Shown: one piece after another, positions 56,543 through 64,000 of the stretch
Layout: each line of letters begins with the position of its first letter
Numbering within the stretch: the stretch's first letter is position 1
Assembly (NCBI GenBank): GCA_009619075.1
Contig: WJOY01000012.1
Span: 8,507 to 72,506 of the forward strand
Source: Dehalococcoidia bacterium
Lineage (GTDB): Bacteria > Chloroflexota > Dehalococcoidia > GIF9 > AB-539-J10
Length of the DNA: 64,000 bases
Reading direction: 5' to 3'
Notes under the pieces: model-generated
What the model was told of the DNA's origin: nothing
Databases searched by the model: none
What the model saw: only the letters and a program-made list of their open reading frames with translations
Position numbers and translations under genes: made by a program

Positions 56543-57562
56543 ATGAAGGCGATGGTACTTAAGAAAATCTCCTTGGTTGAGGAAAAGCCTTTAGAGTTAG
56601 TAGATTTACCAAATCCTGCTCCCAACTCTAAGCAAATCTCAGTCAAGGTTTCCGCCTGCGGGGTCTGTCACACTGAGCTAGATGAAATTGAAGGCAGGGT
56701 CCCTCCCTCAAAGTTTCCCATGGTTCTGGGGCATGAAATCGTTGGCAGGGTAGAAAGTTTAGGGCCAGGGGTAACTAAATTTAAGGAAAGAGACAGAGTG
56801 GGGATTGCCTGGATTAACTGGGCCTGTGGAGAGTGTTCCTTTTGTCTTAAAGGTGAGGAAAATTTGTGTGATAAAGCGAAATGGACAGGGAAGGATGTCA
56901 ATGGAGGCTATGGCCAATATACTGTGGTTTCGGAGGACTTCGCTTACCCCATTCCGGAAAGATTTACCGACCTACAAGCAGCTCCACTTTTATGTGCTGG
57001 GGTGATCGGCTATAGAGCCTTAAGGCTCTCAGGAATGGAAGATGGCAAAGTTCTTGGCCTTTATGGATTTGGAGCCTCGGCCCATATTGTCATTCAAATT
57101 GCTAAATATAAATACCCCAGTAGTAAGGTCTTCGTCTTTACTCGACCAAACCAGAAGGAGCATCAAGATCTAGCCCGAAAATTGGGGGCTAATTGGGTTG
57201 GAGCCACAGGAGATACTCCACCAGAAAAGCTTAACTGCGCCATTGACTTTACTCCGGTGGGGGTACCGGTGCGTGAAGCTCTAAGGAACTTAGAAAAAGG
57301 GGGGAGAGTGGTTATAAACGCAATTCGCAAGATAACACCCATTCCGGAGTTAGATTATGCCGAACATCTCTGGCATGAAAAGGAAGTAAAAAGTGTGGCC
57401 AATGTAACCAGAAGGGATGCCCAGGAATTTCTACCTTTGGCCGCTGAAATTCCCATCGTGCCTGAAGTTCGAGAATTCAGGTTAGAAGAGGCAAACGAAG
57501 CTTTAATTCTGCTTAAAGAGGGAAAAATCCGTGGTGCCGGGGTCTTGAGCATCCCAGAATAG
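56543..57562 (+). CDS. Zinc-dependent alcohol dehydrogenase family protein
   Basis: CGVCHTE, GHEIVG, CGECSFC..GEENLC, GLYGFGASAH. Confidence 0.95.
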   Translation: MKAMVLKKISLVEEKPLELVDLPNPAPNSKQISVKVSACGVCHTELDEIEGRVPPSKFPMVLGHEIVGRVESLGPGVTKFKERDRVGIAWINWACGECSFCLKGEENLCDKAKWTGKDVNGGYGQYTVVSEDFAYPIPERFTDLQAAPLLCAGVIGYRALRLSGMEDGKVLGLYGFGASAHIVIQIAKYKYPSSKVFVFTRPNQKEHQDLARKLGANWVGATGDTPPEKLNCAIDFTPVGVPVREALRNLEKGGRVVINAIRKITPIPELDYAEHLWHEKEVKSVANVTRRDAQEFLPLAAEIPIVPEVREFRLEEANEALILLKEGKIRGAGVLSIPE

Positions 57563-57576
57563 AAGGTTAGTAAACT

Positions 57577-58455
57577 ATGATAACTCAGATTTTGCTGGCA
57601 GTTGTTGTAATACTCCTGGTCATATTGATTTTCCTTGTTATCAAAGGGAGGAGTGTCAAGCCAAGAGATATTGAAAATGCCGTATCAAGCACCTGGACGA
57701 AGCTGGGCCTGGATGAAAAGATAGGTAAGCTGGCAATTCACGCCCAGGATATTAGAGATAGCCACAGGTCAATTGAACAAATGCTCCGAGTGCCTATGGA
57801 GCGAGCGGCGCTCGGTGAAATGAGTTTGGAAACAATCCTTTCAGACCAGCTCCCTCCAGATATGTTTGGTATCAGGAAGATGATTCTCGACGGGAAAATT
57901 CCCGATGCACATATTAGGTCAACCGTGGGGCTTATTTGCATAGATTCTAAATTCCCCTTAGATAACTATAGAAAAATGGCAGAGGTTGAAGATTCCAAAG
58001 AAAAGGAGGACTTCAAAAACGATTTCCGCAAAGATGTCCGAAGTCACCTTAACAAAATAGCTGAAGATTACGTGTGTCCAGAGAAGGGCTCAGCAGAGTT
58101 TGCTTTCGCTTACATCCCCTCTGAGGCTGTTTATTATTTCTTAGTAAACGAGGAATTCGAAATGTTGCGGGACTACACTAAAAGGGGAATTCAGGTTGTA
58201 TCCCCGTTGACGCTTTCCCACAAGATTGAGCTTATCAAAGCTGGCGTTCATGCCAAAAAGCTTTCCGAAGAGGCGGAAAGTGTGAGAAAAGACCTTAATG
58301 TAATTTCCCAAAGGTTTAACGAAATTGACGAGCTATGGCGGGTATTTTACAACACACATTTAAGAAATGCCGGGGATAGGGCAGAGGAATTGGATACAGC
58401 CTATAGGAAACTAAGGGAAGAATTTGATAAGATTTCAAGAATGTCGAAGGAATAA
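57577..58455 (+). CDS. rmuC: RmuC-family protein
   Basis: N-terminal TM segment, GEMSLE.IL, PDA, IDSKFPLDNY, YIPSEAVY, VSPLTL. Confidence 0.9.
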   Translation: MITQILLAVVVILLVILIFLVIKGRSVKPRDIENAVSSTWTKLGLDEKIGKLAIHAQDIRDSHRSIEQMLRVPMERAALGEMSLETILSDQLPPDMFGIRKMILDGKIPDAHIRSTVGLICIDSKFPLDNYRKMAEVEDSKEKEDFKNDFRKDVRSHLNKIAEDYVCPEKGSAEFAFAYIPSEAVYYFLVNEEFEMLRDYTKRGIQVVSPLTLSHKIELIKAGVHAKKLSEEAESVRKDLNVISQRFNEIDELWRVFYNTHLRNAGDRAEELDTAYRKLREEFDKISRMSKE

Positions 58456-58474
58456 CAACTCTAAAACAAGGCTA

Positions 58475-58504
58475 TTGACATTGCTGTATCGGGCTGTTTA
58501 CAAT
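58475..58504 (+). promoter_or_regulatory. Sigma70 promoter, probably giving a leaderless mRNA
   Basis: TTGACA-18-TACAAT; ATG 7 nt downstream with no SD. Confidence 0.65.
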
Positions 58505-58511
58505 AAGCCAT

Positions 58512-59684
58512 ATGAAATTATTAGTTATAGGTCTAGGTCAATGTGGCGGCAGAATTGCCGATAGGTTCGCTCGGCTAAATAAGAGGGCGCGTGCTCTGCG
58601 GAAAATCAATATCATTGCCGATGCCTTTGCTGTTAACACAGATGTTGCTGATTTAAGTGGATTACGCACTATCAAATCTGATTACAAACACAGAATTCTT
58701 ATCGGGGGGCAACGGACCAATGGTCATGGAGTAGGTAAGGTAAGTGAACTTGGCGCCGAGATAGCGAGGGAAGATACTGATAAGATCATAGATGCTATAA
58801 GAAGGTCAGAGCAGTTCTATGAGACAGACGCCTTCTTGTTGGTTGCTGCTGCTGCCGGTGGCACTGGTTCTGGATCAATAGCAGTGCTAACGCAGTATTT
58901 GAAACAGCGCTATATAGGAAAGCCGGTCTACAATGTTATCGTTTTGCCATTTAGGCAAGAAGAAACAACAGAATCAAGAGCTGTTTACAACACGGCTATG
59001 TGCCTCAAGTCTACCTACTTAGTGGCTGATGCGATAATTCTTATTGACAACCAAAGGTATGTCAAAAAAGATTCTCCGGCCGGAAACAACCTGGCGGTGA
59101 TTAATGCCCGAGTAGTTGAACCATTTTACAATTTGCTTTGCGCTGGTGAAGAGAGGAACAAAAAATACATTGGGGCAAGAACGCTTGACGCTGGAGACAT
59201 AATACAGACTCTGGCAGGATGGACAATAATTGGCGAAGGTAAATCGCCAATCCCACGAAGGATACCCCTATTTGGACCAAAACGTGATTTCAGAGCCAAG
59301 ATGGATGAAACCAGCAAAGCAGCTCACGCTATGGATCAAGCCCTAGGTGAGTTATCGCTCACATGCGATCCTAAAAATGCTGGGAGGGCTTTATACCTTG
59401 TCACCGCACCGCCCAAAGAAATGCATATGGAGATAATCAAGGAACTTGGGGACAATTTAAGCACTGTGGCTCCAGATGCTTTAATACGGAGCGGTGATTA
59501 CCCTAGACAGAAAGGTTCGCTGTATGTCACTGTAATCCTATCTGAAATTAGCAGTGTCAGGAAAATCACGAACTACTTTACCAGAGCAATTGACTTAATT
59601 TCTGTTATCAAAGCTAAGCGTGGAGTAGAGTACTCAAACAGAAAACTCGCAGAAACCTTCGCTGATATCCCTCTATTACTATAA
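58512..59684 (+). CDS. Tubulin/FtsZ-family GTPase, CetZ-like
   Basis: IGLGQCGGRIAD, AVNTD..DL.GL, GHGVG, AGGTGSG, IDNQ, LDAGDI. Confidence 0.9.
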   Translation: MKLLVIGLGQCGGRIADRFARLNKRARALRKINIIADAFAVNTDVADLSGLRTIKSDYKHRILIGGQRTNGHGVGKVSELGAEIAREDTDKIIDAIRRSEQFYETDAFLLVAAAAGGTGSGSIAVLTQYLKQRYIGKPVYNVIVLPFRQEETTESRAVYNTAMCLKSTYLVADAIILIDNQRYVKKDSPAGNNLAVINARVVEPFYNLLCAGEERNKKYIGARTLDAGDIIQTLAGWTIIGEGKSPIPRRIPLFGPKRDFRAKMDETSKAAHAMDQALGELSLTCDPKNAGRALYLVTAPPKEMHMEIIKELGDNLSTVAPDALIRSGDYPRQKGSLYVTVILSEISSVRKITNYFTRAIDLISVIKAKRGVEYSNRKLAETFADIPLLL

Positions 59685-59787
59685 TTAGTTCACTGAGCTG
59701 GCGCAAAAGAATTGGTATTTCTACTCTTCGGCAAAAGCCAGGCCATCAAGAAATATAGCTAGAGAGGCAGTTTGACTTGTTTCTCCC

Positions 59788-60171
59788 TTACTTTCTAGCT
59801 TTAGTAAAGACTGCCCATGTCCGCTCAATGGTCTCATTGCGGGCTTCCCTGGCTTTTCGTTCAGCCTCATCACGGGTTCTTAATATCTGAGCCACTCTTC
59901 CTTCATAAGCCTTTCTAGCCTGGGCTATGTTTTCCTCACAAGCCTTTCTAGCTTGCTCTACAGCCTCATTATAGGCCTTATCTGCCTGTCGTTCCTGCCC
60001 CTTATAGGCTCCTTCTAGTTGGCGTTCAGCTTCTATGTAGGCTGCATAAGCTGCCGCAGCTCGCTGTTGAGTTTCATCAAGGAAGCCAACAACTTGCTCC
60101 GCTTTCTTAGGGACCTTCTTGGCTTCCTCTTCTTCCTTCCCCGCAACAAAGACTTTCTCTGCATCTGGCAT
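59788..60171 (-). CDS. Small coiled-coil protein
   Basis: A/E/K/R-rich helical sequence with an 11-residue pattern; GGAGGT SD. Confidence 0.75.
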   Translation of the reverse strand: MPDAEKVFVAGKEEEEAKKVPKKAEQVVGFLDETQQRAAAAYAAYIEAERQLEGAYKGQERQADKAYNEAVEQARKACEENIAQARKAYEGRVAQILRTRDEAERKAREARNETIERTWAVFTKARK

Positions 60172-60275
60172 GGTATACCTCCTTTGCTCCTTAGATTTTT
60201 ATTTTACTCTTTTATTTACATTCATACAAGGGTGAGATAAGCAAAAAAGAATTACACCTTCATCTTTGCCTCCTT

Positions 60276-61928
60276 CTAGCCTTGCTCCACTTCATCATTC
60301 TCGGTAGCTTCTTCCTCAGCATGTTCAGCTTTATGAGCGGCATACATTTGAGCCAGGAAATCCAACCTTGCTTGAATTTCCCTTCTAGACTCTTTTGGCT
60401 CCCTCTTTTCTTCTGCAACAGCTTCAGCCTTACTTAAAGGCTCCTCAATCCCCTTGCTTACCTTTTCAGCTCCACCCATCGCTTGCTCAAATACTCGTAT
60501 TGATGCCTTTGCCGCCTTTCTAGCTGATTTAGTTGTTTCCTCAGTCCTATTGATCGCCTCTTCGAACGCCCTTACCGCTGTTATAACGGCCTCCTTGGCT
60601 TCCCTTACCGCTCTCTCAGTAACTTCCCTGGCTACTTGTGTTGCTTCCTCAGCGGCCTTCATGGCCGCCTGGCCTATCTCCTCAGCTCTGGCTATGGCCT
60701 CTTGGGAGGCTTTCTTTGCCTCCTCGGCAGTTTCCTTAGCCGCTTGATCTGTCTCCTCAAGCCTACCTACAGCTTCCTGGGATGCTTTTCTTGATCCCTC
60801 GGCATCCCCCATGACTGCCTGGCCTATCTCCTCAGCTCTGGCTATGGCCTCTTGAGAGGCTTTCTTTGCCTCCTCGGCAGCCTCCTTAGCCGCTTGACCT
60901 ATCCCTTCAACCCTGCTTATAGCTTCTTGGGATGAGTTTCTTGATTCCTCAGCAGCCTCCACGGCCACCTGGTTCATCTCCTCAGCTCTGGCTATAGCCT
61001 CTTGGGAAGCCTTCATTGATGCTTCAGCAGATTCCTTGACCCATCTGACCGATGCCTCAGTTCTGCTTATAGCTTTCTGAGATGCTTTTATCACTGTTTT
61101 AGCCTCTTTCTTGGTTGTTTTGCTTATTTCACTGGCCCTGCTTATTACTTCCTCAAATGCCCTTGCGGACTCTTCGGTAGACTCCTTAGCCGATATGCTC
61201 ACTTTATTGGCTCTGCTTATTGCCTCCTCGAATGCCCTGGCAGACTCCTCGGCAGACTTCGTGGCTGCTTGGCTTGTCCTTTCAGCTTTGCTTACTGCTT
61301 CCTGTGATGCTTTCTGCGCTTCCTTGGCAGCTTTGGCGGCTGCCTTGCCTCCCTCCTCAGCTCTGGTTATAGCTTCTCGGGAGGCCCACATCGCTTCCTG
61401 AGCGGTTCCCATGACCGCCTGGCCTACTTCCTTAGCTCTGGTTATAGCCTCTTGGGAGACTTTCGTCGCCTCCTGAGCGGTTTCCATGGCCGCCTGGCCT
61501 ATCTCCTCAGTTCTGGCTATAGCCTCTTGGGAGGCTTTCATCGATGCTTCAGCAGCCTCCCTGGCCCATTTGACCAATGCCTCAGTTCTGCTCACCGCTT
61601 CCTTAAATTCCTTTGCTGATGACTCAGCAGAGTCCGTGACTGATTTGATCGATGCCTCAGCCTTGCTTATCGCCTCCTGTGATGCTTTTATCGATGCTTC
61701 AGTAACCTCCTTGGATGCTTGGCTTATCCTTTCAGCTCTGCTTACTGCTTCCTGTGATGCTCTCTTTGCCTCCTCAGCAGCCTTCATGGCTGCCAGGCTT
61801 ATCTCCTCAACCCTGCTTATAGCTTCTTGAGATGCCCTCTTTGATTCCTCAGCAGCCTGCCTGGCCGCTTGACTTAGCTTCTCAGCTCTTGCTACTGCCT
61901 GCTCAAATGTCGCAACACTACTTTTCAT
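60276..61928 (-). CDS. Long coiled-coil protein with about 17 tandem 25-aa repeats
   Basis: xKASQEAIxRAEExxQAAxEAAEEA repeated every 25 aa (75 bp). Confidence 0.85.
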   Translation of the reverse strand: MKSSVATFEQAVARAEKLSQAARQAAEESKRASQEAISRVEEISLAAMKAAEEAKRASQEAVSRAERISQASKEVTEASIKASQEAISKAEASIKSVTDSAESSAKEFKEAVSRTEALVKWAREAAEASMKASQEAIARTEEIGQAAMETAQEATKVSQEAITRAKEVGQAVMGTAQEAMWASREAITRAEEGGKAAAKAAKEAQKASQEAVSKAERTSQAATKSAEESARAFEEAISRANKVSISAKESTEESARAFEEVISRASEISKTTKKEAKTVIKASQKAISRTEASVRWVKESAEASMKASQEAIARAEEMNQVAVEAAEESRNSSQEAISRVEGIGQAAKEAAEEAKKASQEAIARAEEIGQAVMGDAEGSRKASQEAVGRLEETDQAAKETAEEAKKASQEAIARAEEIGQAAMKAAEEATQVAREVTERAVREAKEAVITAVRAFEEAINRTEETTKSARKAAKASIRVFEQAMGGAEKVSKGIEEPLSKAEAVAEEKREPKESRREIQARLDFLAQMYAAHKAEHAEEEATENDEVEQG

Positions 61929-62215
61929 ATTCCCTGAGGACTTTTGGAAAACCTCGCTTGGCTCCGCAAAGTCCAGCGGTTTTCCTTACCCCTTATATTT
62001 CTTATTTTAATAGGAGTTACTAAAATTTTCAATGCCTAGCCCGTCAGGGGCAGGGTTATTAAATCTCCCTTGGCAACTTCCCGTAGGTGTTCTAGCGCTA
62101 GAATGTCCACGTTATCGAACCAGGCAAAGGCAAAAAGCCACCTCAAGTAAAGGACTTCAAAAAATCTTCACAGAGGCGGTGAGTATGAAGGGCCAACAGC
62201 CCTTAAGCAGCAAGG

Positions 62216-62300
62216 TTGATAGCTACCATAGTAAATGTTAGAGTTTGCTAGACCAAAGCGGATTAGATGAACTGTGGGTTCGTATACACTGCTGTTGTCT
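62216..62300 (+). promoter_or_regulatory. Family B promoter (Pc-like) + attI-like site, copy 2
   Basis: TTGATA-17-TAGAGT; gap-free 81-bp alignment to 45838-45918, ending at GTT. Confidence 0.75.
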
Positions 62301-62326
62301 GCCATTTTCAATGAGATGTGAGTTAG

Positions 62327-62880
62327 ATGGATATTGATCGTAGTATAAAGATGAGGTTGGTGTTTGAGGATCAAAAGAAGCCATATTTTTGGATGTTTCA
62401 TCATTGTTTTATGACTTTGAGTTGCTGTACGATCTCTCTTTCCTCCTATATGCAAAGGATTATTATGATTATCGATTTTCACAGTATTTTTGGTACAGAC
62501 GGGGGCGGCCATTAAAAGATGAACATAGACTTCGTGCATTCCGGATAATCAAGGAATCTCCACTTACAGTGGAGCTGATATTAAGTATTGTTGCCGTTTC
62601 TTCTGGAGCCATTTGGCTAATAGCACAAGCAATCAAGAAAATAGGCAATTGGAAATTAAATAGAGAGAAACTAAAATTAGAAATTGAAAAGCTTAGACGA
62701 GAAAGTAATCTTCTATCTTACGATGAGAAACGGGCAAGAATTGAGATGGAAAGGAAATTACAAGAAAGGGAATGTTTAATGATTTTTAATTCATTACTTA
62801 GAAGACTTGAAAGGAATTCAATTAAGCTTAAAGATATAGATTTAACTTTGGAAGAATTTAATGATCAAAACAGCAGATAA
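62327..62880 (+). pseudogene. Cassette gene (hypothetical TM/coiled-coil protein) with an apparent 1-nt frameshift in a T5 tract
   Basis: MDIDRSIK..KKPY joins LDVSSLFYD.. if T5 at 62386-62390 is read as T6. Confidence 0.6.
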
Positions 62881-62962
62881 CAGAGCGTACCTGGCTTCGT
62901 GCCTTCGGCGCTCCGCCAAAATTCCCCTTCGGGGAACTTCAGAGACACTCGAAACGTTAGCT
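62875..62962 (+). other. attC site
   Basis: gaTAAC...GTTAGCT with internal hairpins (ttccccttcggggaa); overlaps the stop codon of the upstream gene. Confidence 0.8.
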
Positions 62963-62988
62963 GAAATACTTATTCAAGAGGGACACAG

Positions 62989-63606
62989 ATGTTTAGAACT
63001 AATCTCCAAAATGTTGTAGATAAATATTTGCCCGTTCCTGCTTTCCAAGATAAATGGAAAAAGGACCAGCAAATAGGAGGTGGTTACTACTATGCATTGA
63101 CATACCCTTCTATCCTCTCTTTTTTCAAAGAACATCAGCCCTTATCCGATGCCTTAAATCTAAAGGTGGCCTTAATCTTCTCATGGAACCCAACAATTTG
63201 TAAGGTAACCTCAACCCGATTCGAACAAGCGGAACGTGAATTGGCCGCCTTAGAATCTACCAGGGAAGAACTTGATACTAAAGGCATTTCAAATGTTGAT
63301 ATAAATGAGGTCATTCGTGAACTTTGGGGCCCGGTAAAAAAGGCTACTTCTTCCTGGGACTCGACTCCCGGGGTGAGCGTCACAAAATTCTTACATTTTA
63401 GTTTCCCCCATATCTTTCCAATGATTGATTTGAATACGATGAAGAATCTTGGAGGTACAACTGTCAACCTGAAGTGGTACTCCATTTTCCTTTCAGAATG
63501 GAAAGACCTGTATAAGCATTTGAAAGCATCTTTCGACCAAATCTCCAATGCTGTCGATATGCCAGTGACACGGGTACTAGATATAATGATTTTTACCCCA
63601 CGGTAG
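62989..63606 (+). CDS. Cassette-borne hypothetical protein (DUF6308-like TKFLH..P..FPMID motif)
   Basis: Single ORF bounded by GTT(62956) and the attC at 63628. Confidence 0.75.
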   Translation: MFRTNLQNVVDKYLPVPAFQDKWKKDQQIGGGYYYALTYPSILSFFKEHQPLSDALNLKVALIFSWNPTICKVTSTRFEQAERELAALESTREELDTKGISNVDINEVIRELWGPVKKATSSWDSTPGVSVTKFLHFSFPHIFPMIDLNTMKNLGGTTVNLKWYSIFLSEWKDLYKHLKASFDQISNAVDMPVTRVLDIMIFTPR

Positions 63607-63627
63607 GATGTTTAGTATGAGTACTTC

Positions 63628-63706
63628 AGCTAACAGCGTGTTCGCGGTTCGCTTCGCTCGCCCAAATTGCCTTCGGCAACTTCTTCTATCAGCGGAACCG
63701 TTAAGC
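63628..63706 (+). other. attC site
   Basis: agcTAAC...ttgccttcggcaacttc...GTTAAGC. Confidence 0.82.
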
Positions 63707-63738
63707 GGAGGCATGTGTTACCGTTATGGGGCGCAAAA

Positions 63739-63912
63739 ATGCAATACAGCCATATTCTTAAGAGGCTGAAATCCCTATCTAATCCCAAAGCAGTAGAGGG
63801 CATGGCAAAATATGGAATTACACCAGAGAAGACCTACGGTGTGTCAATCCCAAACTTAAGAAAGATTGCTGAAGAAATAAGAACAGACCACGAGCTTGCT
63901 CAACAACATTGA
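63739..63912 (+). pseudogene. Truncated AlkD-like DNA alkylation repair gene
   Basis: MQYSHILKRLKSLSNPKAVEGMAKYGI..YGVSIPNLRKIA..DHELAQQ then a premature stop. Confidence 0.75.
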
Positions 63913-64000
63913 AAACCTAAACCTCTGAAGGTTTTTCTCGTTTATAGTGTTAAAATGAAGGAAAATGCTCAAAATTTGCAAAGGACCGAGATTGCTATTA

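Noticed and set aside
61930..62150. Possible riboswitch upstream of the 25-aa repeat gene
   Set aside because: Hairpins are present (ggaaaacc...ggttttcc), but I cannot match a known aptamer by eye; an Rfam search is needed.
62032..62539. Possible integrase gene divergent from the attI-like site (ORF 62168-62539, minus strand)
   Set aside because: No tyrosine recombinase R-H-R-Y motifs, and it overlaps the cassette gene in antisense.

Overview
Bacterial chromosomal window. Gene content (archaeal-type tubulin/CetZ-like proteins, AmmeMemoRadiSam genes, REP-like palindrome families) suggests Chloroflexota/Dehalococcoidia, which is an inference. 1-35.7 kb is mostly housekeeping: pit, prfB with +1 frameshift, nfi, rpsP, dgt-dnaG-rpoD, pheA, trkAH, recO-recR-dnaX, gap, eno, pth, ligA. 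It is sprinkled with palindromic repeats, several of them inserted in frame inside proteins. 35.9-59.7 kb is an accessory block of 24 consecutive plus-strand genes. It is punctuated by repeated promoter + attI-like elements (two sequence families) and by intact or eroded attC-like hairpins, and it contains truncated and chimeric genes. 62.2-64 kb holds a clear two-to-three cassette integron-like array. No integrase gene is present in the window. Most notable: (1) an apparent multi-attI, integrase-less integron-like gene-capture platform; (2) palindromic elements inserted in frame in three proteins, including a 29-bp element with a 4-bp target duplication in dnaX; (3) a Schlafen + DUF2779 + atypical Mre11/Rad50 cluster; (4) CetZ-like tubulins, one next to a 25-residue-repeat coiled-coil protein.
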